A stretch of 63,997 bases of DNA, counting the filler, from Saprolegnia diclina VS20 (Eukaryota), in assembly GCF_000281045.1 (NCBI RefSeq). It is 5 parts of 2 records of this genome, joined end to end, with 100 filler letters (N's around TTAATTAATTAA, not from the genome) between each part and the next. Parts side by side here need not be neighbours in the genome. Positions count along the whole stretch, not along the records: positions 1 to 6,867 come from NW_008246127.1; positions 6,968 to 19,887 come from NW_008246127.1; 3 more parts are not named here. The stretch is one strand, 5' to 3'. This document shows, piece by piece, positions 1 to 10,127 of this stretch. Both the position numbers and the translations under genes were made by a program. Each line of letters begins with the position of its first letter. Positions within the stretch are counted from its first letter, which is position 1. The notes beneath the pieces were generated by a model. That model made no database searches and was not told where the DNA came from. It saw only the letters and a list, made by a program, of their open reading frames with translations.

Positions 1-159
1 TAACTGGTATCATTCTTGATGTTGCTAAATCGTCGCCGAGTTGTTGAGTCGAAGCTCCGAACGCGCTATCTGACGCCCCAATCGCCGTCGAGCGAGGCGC
101 GGCGTACCATACCGTATCGAATCGGCCATAGACCTGGCCCCCCGCCGAGATGAGGTAAA

Positions 160-575
160 CACTTTTGCACCCGAACTAACACAATTTGCACCCGAACTTT
201 GCACCCCCAAAAAATCACCCGCATAACCGGAATAACCGGATTTAGTGCTCTGAACTAAAAAATACTGAGCACCGAGCGCCACCAGCGCCTCTAAGCTTAG
301 CACTCCCAGCCGAGGCGGAGCAGGAGGCGAGTAGGCGGCGAAGCCGACCGAGCTCGAGCCGACGCCCTCACGCCGGATCTTCGCATCCAACGTACAAAGG
401 AGTTCATTGTGATCGGGCCGCGCGCAGCGCATACCTGTGGGCTTGTTCGTGGACGACTATCGCAATTAAACTTCTGCTTTATTATTATTCATAACGGATT
501 TATATTTGTTGTCCATTTTATTTTTATAGGGTGCTAAATGCGGTTGCATTTGGTACGATTTCGGGTGCAAAAGTG
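160..575. mobile_element. Putative non-autonomous TIR element (MITE-like), 416 bp
   Basis: Perfect 16-bp inverted repeat: CACTTTTGCACCCGAA at 160-175 and TTCGGGTGCAAAAGTG at 560-575. Subterminal copies of TTTGCACCC at 185 and 198, and ATAACCGG twice at 223-239. Near-identical flanking direct repeat CCGCCGAGATG(A/G)GGTA at 142-157 and 583-598. No transposase ORF. Confidence 0.6.
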
Positions 576-1377
576 GTGGACTCCGCCGAGATGGGGTAGC
601 GTTGATCTGGCCGTCATCGTACTCGTTGTCAAGTCGCTTCGCGTTGTGTTGGACGGCGCCACCGTTGNNNNNNNNNNNNNNNNNNNNNNNNNNNNNNNNN
701 NNNNNNNNNNNNNNNNNNNNNNNNNNNNNNNNNNNNNNNNNNNNNNNNNNNNNNNNNNNNNNNNNNNNNNNNNNNNNNNNNNNNNNNNNNNNNNNNNNNN
801 NNNNNNNNNNNNNNNNNNNNNNNNNNNNNNNNNNNNNNNNNNNNNNNNNNNNNNNNNNNNNNNNNNNNNNNNNNNNNNNNNNNNNNNNNNNNNNNNNNNN
901 NNNNNNNNNNNNNNNNNNNNNNNNNNNNNNNNNNNNNNNNNNNNNNNNNNNNNNNNNNNNNNNNNNNNNNNNNNNNNNNNNNNNNNNNNNNNNNNNNNNN
1001 NNNNNNNNNNNNNNNNNNNNNNNNNNNNNNNNNNNNNNNNNNNNNNNNNNNNNNNNNNNNNNNNNNNNNNNNNNNNNNNNNNNNNNNNNNNNNNNNNNNN
1101 NNNNNNNNNNNNNNNNNNNNNNNNNNNNNNNNNNNNNNNNNNNNNNNNNNNNNNNNNNNNNNNNNNNNNNNNNNNNNNNNNNNNNNNNNNNNNNNNNNNN
1201 NNNNNNNNNNNNNNNNNNNNNNNNNNNNNNNNNNNNNNNNNNNNNNNNNNNNNNNNNNNNNNNNNNNNNNNNNNNNNNNNNNNNNNNNNNNNNNNNNNNN
1301 NNNNNNNNNNNNNNNNNNNNNNNNNNNNNNNNNNNNNNNNNNNNNNNNNNNNNNNNNNNNNNNNNNNNNNNNNNNNN

Positions 1378-4300
1378 CAAGCTCAGCGCCGCCGCGACCG
1401 TCCACACGACGACGTTGTTTAAAAGCGTAAAGTGCCGCGTCAACTCACGCGTGAGCGGAAGACAAAGGTCGACAACGATGGCGCCGAGCCACGTGACTTC
1501 GCTCGCGGCGAGGAGCGTCGTGTACCACGGCGGCGTGGCTGAGACAAACGCGGCAAATGGCCCGAGAGACGAGAGTCGTAACGTCGATGTCGAGAGGATC
1601 GCAATGGCGGTGAGACTGCGAAGGAGGAGGAGCGGACGGCCAACCCAGACGACGCTGCCGACGCTGTGCAGCGAGAGCATGTTGCGACCTTCGACGCGGC
1701 CGCGGCTGATCGCAATGTACATCCACGTACACGCTGCGAGACCAATGCCGACAAACATGACGTAATCGTTGGCGGCTTGGGCGTAGGTTGCATAGTTGGT
1801 CGGGAACTCGTTGGTTGCGACCGAGCTAATGGCATAGACAATACGACCAGACAGGAGCGTCCACGAGCCGCGGTCACCGGCGAACCGAACGACTTCGCGC
1901 TTGCCGAGGAGCCAGTCGTAGATATAAATCCACGCATAGTAGCGGTAGGCAGGATCCCTCACGTTAAAGATGTCGTACGTGTACAGCGTCGCGGGCGCCG
2001 TTTGGTTCATCGCGCCAAACTGGAAGAGCTGGATCTCCAGCGCCATGACGTCGGTGACGGCCGCTTCAAATTTTTCTGGGGTCCTTTGAGCACAAAGCGA
2101 CCAAAATGCAGACGCCGCCGCTGTCGCTTGCAAGCAGGCAGGCACATCTTGCGGGTCCAGAGCACACACTCCGGTCCAGTTGGTATCGCGAGGAAGAAGC
2201 GCCGCCGCCACGAGCACATGGGTCGCCGACGGTTCCAGCATGTTGGAGACGCTCGTTTTGTGGCATTGGTTGTGCGAAACAAACATTTCTGTCAAGCCCA
2301 AAGCGATGCGCGCTGCCGAGTTTCGAAGGACCGTCGGACACAGCGGTGAGCCACCGAGGGTGTAGAAGTCGGCGGCCAGCCACGGAGGCGGAACCGGCGA
2401 CGCGAGATACGGAGGTACAGCATCAAAGGCATCTTGGAGCGCTTCCGATGCAACACGCGCCGCTGCGATCGAGAGAAAAGCCGACCGAAGCAGCGCCTGC
2501 ACGGACGCTGGCATCGCCACGTACTGCAGATCCACGGACCCAAACGGCCCGAGTGCACCGCGCACCAGAGCCAGCCCTTCGTCCAGCGGCGCGGTGAGAG
2601 TGCGGTTGAGGAAGAGCATGGACTCGAGCGACGAGGCGTTTTGATAAGCGTACGCTGCTGAGCCCCGCACGAGCGAAGTCCCCGAGAGCGCATACGTGTG
2701 ATTGCCGAGTAACATTGTGAGGTCGCTCCCAAAGCCCCAGTACATCTTGAACGACGTCTGCAGCGGAAAACGAAAGCTGCCGTTAGTTGCTTGGATCGTA
2801 AACGGATATACGCTGCCAAAGGCGCTCGTGACGGTGTACGTCTGGAGTACTCCAATGTGCTTGTAGTTTTGCCACTGCATCTCAAACGACAAGATACCAC
2901 TCGTACGCCAGTAGGCCGCTTCGTCCGTGATATCCACAGTCGCTCGATACTTTGAGGTTGTGGACGCAAGCCAATTACGTCCAACGTTGGTCTCGTTCAG
3001 CGTAGCGCCAACCGCGAGGTCGAATGCGACCCCCCGCCAGGCATCCGACGGGACATTGCGAAGGACCGTCTCGAGGTAGACGGCACCGTTGGTGGTCATG
3101 GAGGTGGCGCACCGTTGCTGGCGGCGTCGCGTGTTGGCAAGTTCCCACTGCTTGTTCAAATCAACGTAACAGTAGGCTGTCGCAAGCCACGGCGCATGAC
3201 AGCCGTTCGTTTGGCGTAGACCGGAAACCGCCGTTTCAAGCGAATCAGAAAGTGCAATCTGCAGCATGGCGCCGTAATTGAACGGTACGACAAGATGTGA
3301 AGAAGAGCCATTGAAGCTGCCGTAGAGGTTGACACTAGGCGACGTTAGCATCGTCGGCAGCGCACCGAGCAAGGACGATTGGACAAATAGCATCACAAGA
3401 AAAGCATGCGCGCCCGTCATGTTGAAGTCAGACCACACGAGGTCGTTGCCGAGCAAGGTTCGGGAGACGCCAATGTACGATACGCTCGCAGAGATCGAAA
3501 GCAGCATATAGACGGCACCAGCAAGAGCCATGACATGGCGAAGCCACAGCATCTTACCATCATGGAGGGCGACGTCGGGAGCGAGCAACGGACCTAAACT
3601 TTGCGACGATTCCAGCGTGCCAAGGAGGACGTTGAACGTAAGAATTTTCTTGCCGAAGGCAATGGGAAGGATCCCTGCCATGACTGACGTCACCGCGTCG
3701 TCACTCAGGGTCCTGCAAGCAGAGCTCTTTAATGGCACGATGGCATCGACAACGCCCGGCACAGATGCGCTGCGATGAAGCGTGCGTACGTTGCGACAGC
3801 GCGCGACCAAACCCAGCGCAGAGACGACCCCGACTTGGATAAACACAAGCGTCCAGAGTCGCGTCGCCGACCCAGCGTATATNNNNNNNNNNNNNNNNNN
3901 NNNNNNNNNNNNNNNNNNNNNNNNNNNNNNNNNNNNNNNNNNNNNNNNNNNNNNNNNNNNNNNNNNNNNNNNNNNNNNNNNNNNNNNNNNNNNNNNNNNN
4001 NNNNNNNNNNNNNNNNNNNNNNNNNNNNNNNNNNNNNNNNNNNNNNNNNNNNNNNNNNNNNNNNNNNNNNNNNNNNNNNNNNNNNNNNNNNNNNNNNNNN
4101 NNNNNNNNNNNNNNNNNNNNNNNNNNNNNNNNNNNNNNNNNNNNNNNNNNNNNNNNNNNNNNNNNNNNNNNNNNNNNNNNNNNNNNNNNNNNNNNNNNNN
4201 NNNNNNNNNNNNNNNNNNNNNNNNNNNNNNNNNNNNNNNNNNNNNNNNNNNNNNNNNNNNNNNNNNNNNNNNNNNNNNNNNNNNNNNNNNNNNNNNNNNN

Positions 4301-6183
4301 NNNNNNNNNNNNNNNNNNNNNNNNNNNNNNNNNNNNNNNNNNNNNNNNNNNNNNNNNNNNNNNNNNNNNNNNNNNNNNNNNNNNNNNNNNNNNNNNNNNN
4401 NNNNNNNNNNNNNNNNNNNNNNNNNNNNNNNNNNNNNNNNNNNNNNNNNNNNNNNNNNNNNNNNNNNNNNNNNNNNNNNNNNNNNNNNNNNNNNNNNNNN
4501 NNNNNNNNNNNNNNNNNNNNNNNNNNNNNNNNNNNNNNNNNNNNNNNNNNNNNNNNNNNNNNNNNNNNNNNNNNNNNNNNNNNNNNNNNNNNNNNNNNNN
4601 NNNNNNNNNNNNNNNNNNNNNNNNNNNNNNNNNNNNNNNNNNNNNNNNNNNNNNNNNNNNNNNNNNNNNNNNNNNNNNNNNNNNNNNNNNNNNNNNNNNN
4701 NNNNNNNNNNNNNNNNNNNNNNNNNNNNNGACGCTGACGTCTGGAGCGCGCAGATGGTCGACGCATTCCAATTCGGGGCTACCGTAGTGGTCATGGCCAA
4801 GGCAAACAAAAGAGTCGGTGGCGATAGGTCGAGCTCGGCGGGGACTTGGCGGTCACAATTATCGTAAAAGCTAAACATGGTCTGCACGTACGTTTGTGGT
4901 GCGCCGTACAAACAGAGGAGGTTGCCGCCGTAGTAGAGCATGTCGGGGCCTTGCCACGTTGGAGGCGTTGGGTTGACCGTGAGTGTTTCTAGCTGCAAAA
5001 AAGTCTTCCAGAGTTGGGGATCTCTGAGTTGCTCAAAGAGGTGCTGTTCAAATGCAGAGTACGCAGTCGAGACCACCGATGGTATTGCAATGTAAAGAGC
5101 GTCGATCGAGAGGAACGGGCCGACCGTATAGTGAACAAGACCGGTTTGGTTGATGTAGTCGGTGCCAAAGTTGTTGAGCCCCATGTACCCCTCGAAATCG
5201 CCCGTGCTCGAGAGTGCGCACGGAGGCGCCGTGAGAAAATAGTTGGTCGTGTTGGCAATCAAGCTCTGGTTGCACAGCTGCATGTAGTAGACGTCGTTGT
5301 AGAAGAACCAGTTGAGGTTGATGGTCGTCCACGTTGCCATGCGATACGGAACGTTCTTGATAAGGACGTCCTGGGCAATGCCAATCGCGTTGCGGATCGA
5401 GATCGTCTCCTGGATACCCGCGTCGTACGAGTTTTGCCACGGTAGTGCAAAGGACGTCAGCCCACATTGACGCCAGTAGGCGACTTCGCTCTCGAAAGTC
5501 GTGGTACTCAGCGCGGTGCCCGTTGTCGTGAGCCACTGCCGCCCGTATGCGCTCTCCTCCAGACCGGTCTGCAGACCCATGGTAAAGAGATTGCCTGGAC
5601 CACCATAGTTGGCGAGAAAAGCAGCAAAGTCGACGTTGCGCAAGACCGACTCGACGTACGCGGCGGCGTTCGTGGCGTAGCGCTGAGCGCACCGAGTTTG
5701 CCGTGCGGACGTATGTGCAATCTCAAACACATGTGCAAAGTCGACCCAGCAATACTGCGAGCAGATCCAGAGGCTGCCGCTCGCATCCAAGTGGCGAAGT
5801 GCAAGGACTGCGTGCTCGATCGACGTGTAGCTGCCAAGTAAGAGCGATCGCGCGTAGGTGGCGGGTACATTGACGCTGCCCGACGCTGAATTATACAAGG
5901 TGGGCAGGACGGCGGCAGGTCCGAGTAGATCCAACGGTGTCTCGTCATGGGCTTTGAGTGCGAGGTTGGTGAGGTCGATCAAGAACGCTTCGTAGCCGCT
6001 GACGTTGTACTGTGGCCAAAACAAGTCATTCGCCAGGATGGGTGTCAGTAGCGCGAGGTAGTAGAGACCAGCGGCGAGCGAGAGCAGGACCGAGGCAGCA
6101 CCAGCGCAGAGATGCACGCACCCCGTACGGTGGGTTGGCAGAGTCGGTCCTTCGAGGGCGCTTCTAGGTACGACACGGAGCAT
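1378..6183 (-). CDS. Large uncharacterised multipass membrane protein with two tandem copies of a conserved module (3' end lost in gap)
   Basis: Long open frames on both sides of gap 3883-4729. The two modules align: LANDLFWPQYN/LGNDLVWSDFN, YCWVDF/YCYVDL, TNAAAYVESVLRNV/TNGAVYLETVLRNV, EVAYWRQCG...WQN/EAAYWRTSG...WQN, GPFLSID/GPFGSVD, GGNLLC/GGSPLC. A hydrophobic TM cluster follows (VVWVGRPLLLLRSLTAIAILST). Could be two genes. Confidence 0.8.
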
Positions 6184-6378
6184 CGTAGAACAGTCGCTTG
6201 TTGACCGTTTCGACTGGGAGATACCATTTCCAGTTAGTTAATCATGCCAACTCTAGTATCCACTATCCCAACTTGCATGAATTCAACGGATGATTTGACG
6301 AATTGGCACAGAGAATACTCACTTGGATTTCCACTCTAGTCACGGCGGCGTGCTCTATGGCGTCAACTTCAACAAATA

Positions 6379-6394
6379 TATCCGGATCCGGATA
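6379..6394. promoter_or_regulatory. Perfect 16-bp palindrome TATCCGGATCCGGATA in a divergent promoter
   Basis: Self-complementary sequence 50 bp upstream of ATG 6444, followed by CCAAT at ~6405. Related sites at 11915 and 12542. Confidence 0.4.
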
Positions 6395-6443
6395 AACGAC
6401 ATTACCAATCGCCTTTTTACCAGACTTGCAACTTCCGTGCCCC

Positions 6444-6761
6444 ATGAACCCGCTGCTCTTCCTGTACCTCAACCTCGTCCGCGGCCCGCAGATCGCCGCC
6501 GAGCGCCAGCGCAAGGAGGCCGAAGCCGCCCAAGCGGCTGGCCCGGTCCCGGCGCCGGCCCCCGTCAAGCCCAAGGAGGTCGTCTTGGCGTCGTGCAAGA
6601 AGTGCGACAAGCAGGTCGACGAGGCCGAGCTCCGCGCCAACTTTGACAGCCTCTGCGTTGCGTGCGCCAGCGACCCGATGTCGATGCTCTCGCCCGTCTT
6701 CATCTTCCAGATCCTCCTCATCCTATTCGCGCTTGCCGTCTTTGTCTACCGCAGCCTCTAA
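6444..6761 (+). CDS. 105-aa protein with CxxC-x16-CxxC (putative Zn ribbon) and C-terminal TM helix (tail-anchored)
   Basis: Intronless ORF with strong C/G third-position bias. CKKC...CVAC, then a hydrophobic tail VFIFQILLILFALAVFVY followed by RSL-stop. Confidence 0.7.
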   Translation: MNPLLFLYLNLVRGPQIAAERQRKEAEAAQAAGPVPAPAPVKPKEVVLASCKKCDKQVDEAELRANFDSLCVACASDPMSMLSPVFIFQILLILFALAVFVYRSL

Positions 6762-6867
6762 GCCTGCTGCCTGTCGCCGTGTTGTACCAATACTTGCTCT
6801 CTACTGCTCTCTACCTATCGAATCCTGCTATAATACACATGCACTACACTACACGTAGTACTGTACT

Positions 6868-6967
6868 NNNNNNNNNNNNNNNNNNNNNNNNNNNNNNNNN
6901 NNNNNNNNNNNTTAATTAATTAANNNNNNNNNNNNNNNNNNNNNNNNNNNNNNNNNNNNNNNNNNNN
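6868..6967. other. Artificial 100-nt scaffold gap spacer (N44-TTAATTAATTAA-N44)
   Basis: The same pattern recurs at 19888-19987, 42638-42737 and 62893-62992. The linker has stop codons in all six frames. Confidence 0.95.
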
Positions 6968-7229
6968 GTAGCTGACTTTACAGGACCCCTAACGACCACC
7001 AGATGGAGTGGACACCTTAGACTCTTCTCTCACCGAGGCGTAGGGTTCCCTGCCAGCTGCTGGCATCTAGGCTGAGAGGCTCGAACACATCTGGTCTACT
7101 CTAATACAGCACTGGCCAATTCTGTCTTCCAGACAACGCTGGCAGAGCTCGCTGGCTGCAGTTGGATCAAATTTAAATTGGGTGCGTCTAGCCTTCGCGC
7201 CAGTTGGTTTTTGGCTCAGAGAAAAAATC

Positions 7230-8870
7230 ATGGCGGACGACGCCTCGGACGCACGCCCACCGCCGGGTCCGATCGCGGTCGCTGCGCTGCGCATTGACAC
7301 GCAGGCCGTCGAGGCAGAGTCGCTGGAAGCTCCGCTCGCGGTGTCCCCGACGTACGGCGTCGCGCGCAACCAAGTGGATCCTGCGGTCCTGGCGGCGCTG
7401 CCCAAAGAGATCCAAGACGAGGTCCTCGCGAGCTTCTCGGTGCCAGCCTCGTTGGAGCCCGCACCGGCGGACCTAAGTGACGCCGCGTGGACGTGCCCCA
7501 TGTGCACGTTCCTTAACCACGCGGCCTTGGTGTCGTGCGAGATGTGCGAGTTCTCGGTCGCGCACCTCATGGACGCCGACGACGAGCAGCCATCGTCGCC
7601 GCATCTGCTCTCGGAGACGCTGCTTCATGCGGCCAAGTCGGTCGTGCAAAAGTCGCTCACAGCCATCAAGACGACGCACGAGCACCGCGACGAGCTCTTG
7701 CAGTCGGCGACGGCCAAGATGCACCACGTGCACTCGACCGCGTCCAAGCAACTCCATCACGTGTACGAGGCGACCTCCAAGCAGCTCCATGCGACGCTCT
7801 CGCCGCGCTCGGCCAAGTTTTTCACCAAGAAAGGGTCACTGCACCTGCCGTCGCCCAACGTCCTCCTCGAACTCGACGTCCTTCGCACCGATCTCAAGAC
7901 GCACGTACGTTCAACACTTCTCCTCCCCGTGTGTTTTACTCGTCTCTAGTGCACGCCGTCCGAGACCGTGTACGAAGCTCTCTTGCAAGAGCTGTGGACA
8001 ACCGTCTTCAGCCAAAGCGCGATCCCAGGCATGGACCACACCCCGTTCACACGCGACGGCGACGGCTGGCTCCAGCTTGGCTTCCAGCGCAGCAACCCCG
8101 ACACGGACTTTCGCGGTGGCGGTCTCCTCGGCCTCAAGTGTCTCGTGTACGTGTGCCACATGCACATGGACAAGGTCGACTCGTCATCATTGGAAGATGG
8201 AACCTATGATGGTTCTCTAGATGGCCTACATTTTTGCCGACCAGGTGCCAAATGCCGGGCAGCGCTGGTACCCTGTTTGCGTCGCCGGCATCAACCTCAC
8301 GTGCATGCTCGCGGGCTTGCTCAAGGTACACTGCCGCGATCTTCTTATTTGCTTTTGTCATCGCACATGTACCTAGCTCGGGGACGGGTCATTTGCCGAG
8401 ACGTCGGACAACTGCTGGCGTCTCTTTGAGGAGCCGTCTGCGTTCTACGAGCTCTACTTCTATGGTATCTCTTCTCCTCCTCGTCATTAACCCGTACGTA
8501 TGATGGACGATAGCCTTTCTCAAGATGGATCAAATCTGGCACCGCAGCCAGGCGACGTTCATGCAATTTGGAGGTCTTCCATCCCGCGGATCTATGTAGC
8601 GGCGACCAATGCGTTCTTTTAGACGTCCTCAAGGCGACCAAGAAGCTCGTGCGCTATGCGTTGGCGCAGGGCCCGACGTCGCTCGCGGAGGTCACGGCGT
8701 TTACCGAGAGTATCCACGTCGACGACTTCAAGATCACGCGCCGTGAAGAGTACTACGACGACGTTGACGACGGCGAGTGCCCCGACCCGCACCGGATCAC
8801 CGAAGACGACCGCATGCCGGTCGCCACGACCCTTGACATTGCGTCGCTGCAGTACGAGTTGCACAAGTAG
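7230..8870 (+). CDS. ELMO/CED-12 (ELMOD-type Arf/Arl GAP) domain protein with N-terminal UBM and NZF/RanBP2 zinc finger; multi-exon
   Basis: VDPAVLAALPKEIQDEVL (UBM), WTCPMCTFLNHAALVSCEMC (NZF), WLQLGFQRSNPDTDFRGGGLLGLKCLVY and WYPVCVAGINLT (ELMO). Several ~45-nt GT-AG introns. Confidence 0.85.
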
Positions 8871-8880
8871 TCGCTTCTTC

Positions 8881-9611
8881 TTACATGCTAAACTTCAAGC
8901 AGCCCGTCTCTCGGTGCTGGTCGCCGCACTTGACGCTGCAAAAGCGAGAGCCGCATCGGCCGCACGCATAGTTGGAGAAGAGCGTACGCTGGTTGTCAAG
9001 GAAAGTGGTCAATACTGTCATCGAGGTAGAAGACGCGGAAAAGGATATCCGCACACGACGCAAAACTTGCGGGGTGGCGTCGTGGCCGGCTTGACCGCGG
9101 CCGTGACGTAGTTGGGGCCGAGACCTTCGCCCGTCCCGCACTATACACGATGAGCCACATGATAGAGACATACAGGTCGGCTACCTCTTCAAAGACGAGC
9201 TGCGCAAGGCTCTTGACCTTGCGCACGACGCGCCGCCGCCCCGAGCTCGAGACGGGCACGATTGGCGCCTTGGCCTTGCCTTTGGCCCGCGATTTCGACG
9301 GCTTCTTGGGGCCCATAGCGTCCTCTTCGATGTACAAATCCTCGTCTTCACCGTCCTCGGTGGGCTCGACGTAGTTGTCGGCCTCGAGCGCGTCCAAGCG
9401 GGCGTTCCGCACCTGCTTGCGTGTCTCCTCGTCGACAAGCTTCATGGCCTTGCTGATCTTGACCGCGCGCCCTGCCCATGCACACATATAGCGCTTGGCC
9501 ATGCTTCACGAGGGTCGTACCCGAGTTGCGCTTCCGGGGCGCCGCCGGCAGCGCGAGGCCGCTCGACGCCATTGTCTGGTCCCATTGCCGCTTGGCGTTT
9601 TTGGAGCTCAT
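8881..9611 (-). CDS. SWC6: SWR1-complex subunit 6 / HIT zinc-finger protein (Vps71/ZNHIT1); multi-exon
   Basis: RLDALEADNY, PNYVTAAVKPATTPPRKFCVVCG, YACGRCGSRFCSVKCGDQHRETGCLKF. Start at 9611 (MSSKN) or 9572 (MASSG). Confidence 0.9.
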
Positions 9612-9631
9612 TCTGGAATTGGCAACAATAG

Positions 9632-9736
9632 CCAATCGGCGGCGCGCAATTCGAAAGAATTTGGCCAACCCGTGTGCAGCGCGATCTTGTACAACGGGCC
9701 AATCCGAGCGCGACCTTGGACATCATTTCATCCAAT
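9632..9736. promoter_or_regulatory. Phased CCAAT-box array upstream of SWC6
   Basis: CCAAT 9632, CCAAC 9665, CCAAT 9699, CCAAT 9732; spacing 33/34/33 bp. Confidence 0.55.
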
Positions 9737-10127
9737 CCAGTGCCGTCTTGTGGCTCCTCCTAGCGACAGTACTCGTCTCGCCCCATCGAACACCTCGTAG
9801 TCACCACCGAGATACTCTGCGAGTGTGATCGAGTCTTCGATACGCACGGCAAGGACCAGCTCGAGCCCAATGTAAAATTGTTGAGCGTCCTGAAATGGAA
9901 GCTACAGTGTACTTAATACGAAATTCAACAATCAAAATTTTGCGTTTTCGAGTGTGGAAGTTGAAGTCGAATTCAGGTTGCTGAATCATCGCTTGCTGCT
10001 ATTGCGTGATGGTCTCTCTTGGAGCGGGTTTGGTATCACTAGTGAAGGTCTATATGACAAAGTTGTCTGTGTGGTCGAAGCGTGGTGACGTCATTCGACT
10101 GTCCTCGACTGCATTAGTATTACAGTT

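Noticed and set aside
466..667. C-terminus of the 1905-aa ORF as given in the ORF track
   Set aside because: The frame is carried through estimated-length N gaps, and the tail runs through the AT-rich TIR element; not credible as coding.
6912..6923. TTAATTAATTAA palindrome recurring four times (also 19932, 42682, 62937)
   Set aside because: Always centred in exactly 44+44 N; an assembly linker with six-frame stops, not biology.
9606..9621. GCTCATTCTGGAATTG resembling the oomycete INR+FPR core promoter
   Set aside because: It is on the opposite strand to SWC6 and coincides with that gene's candidate start codon; no plus-strand gene follows.
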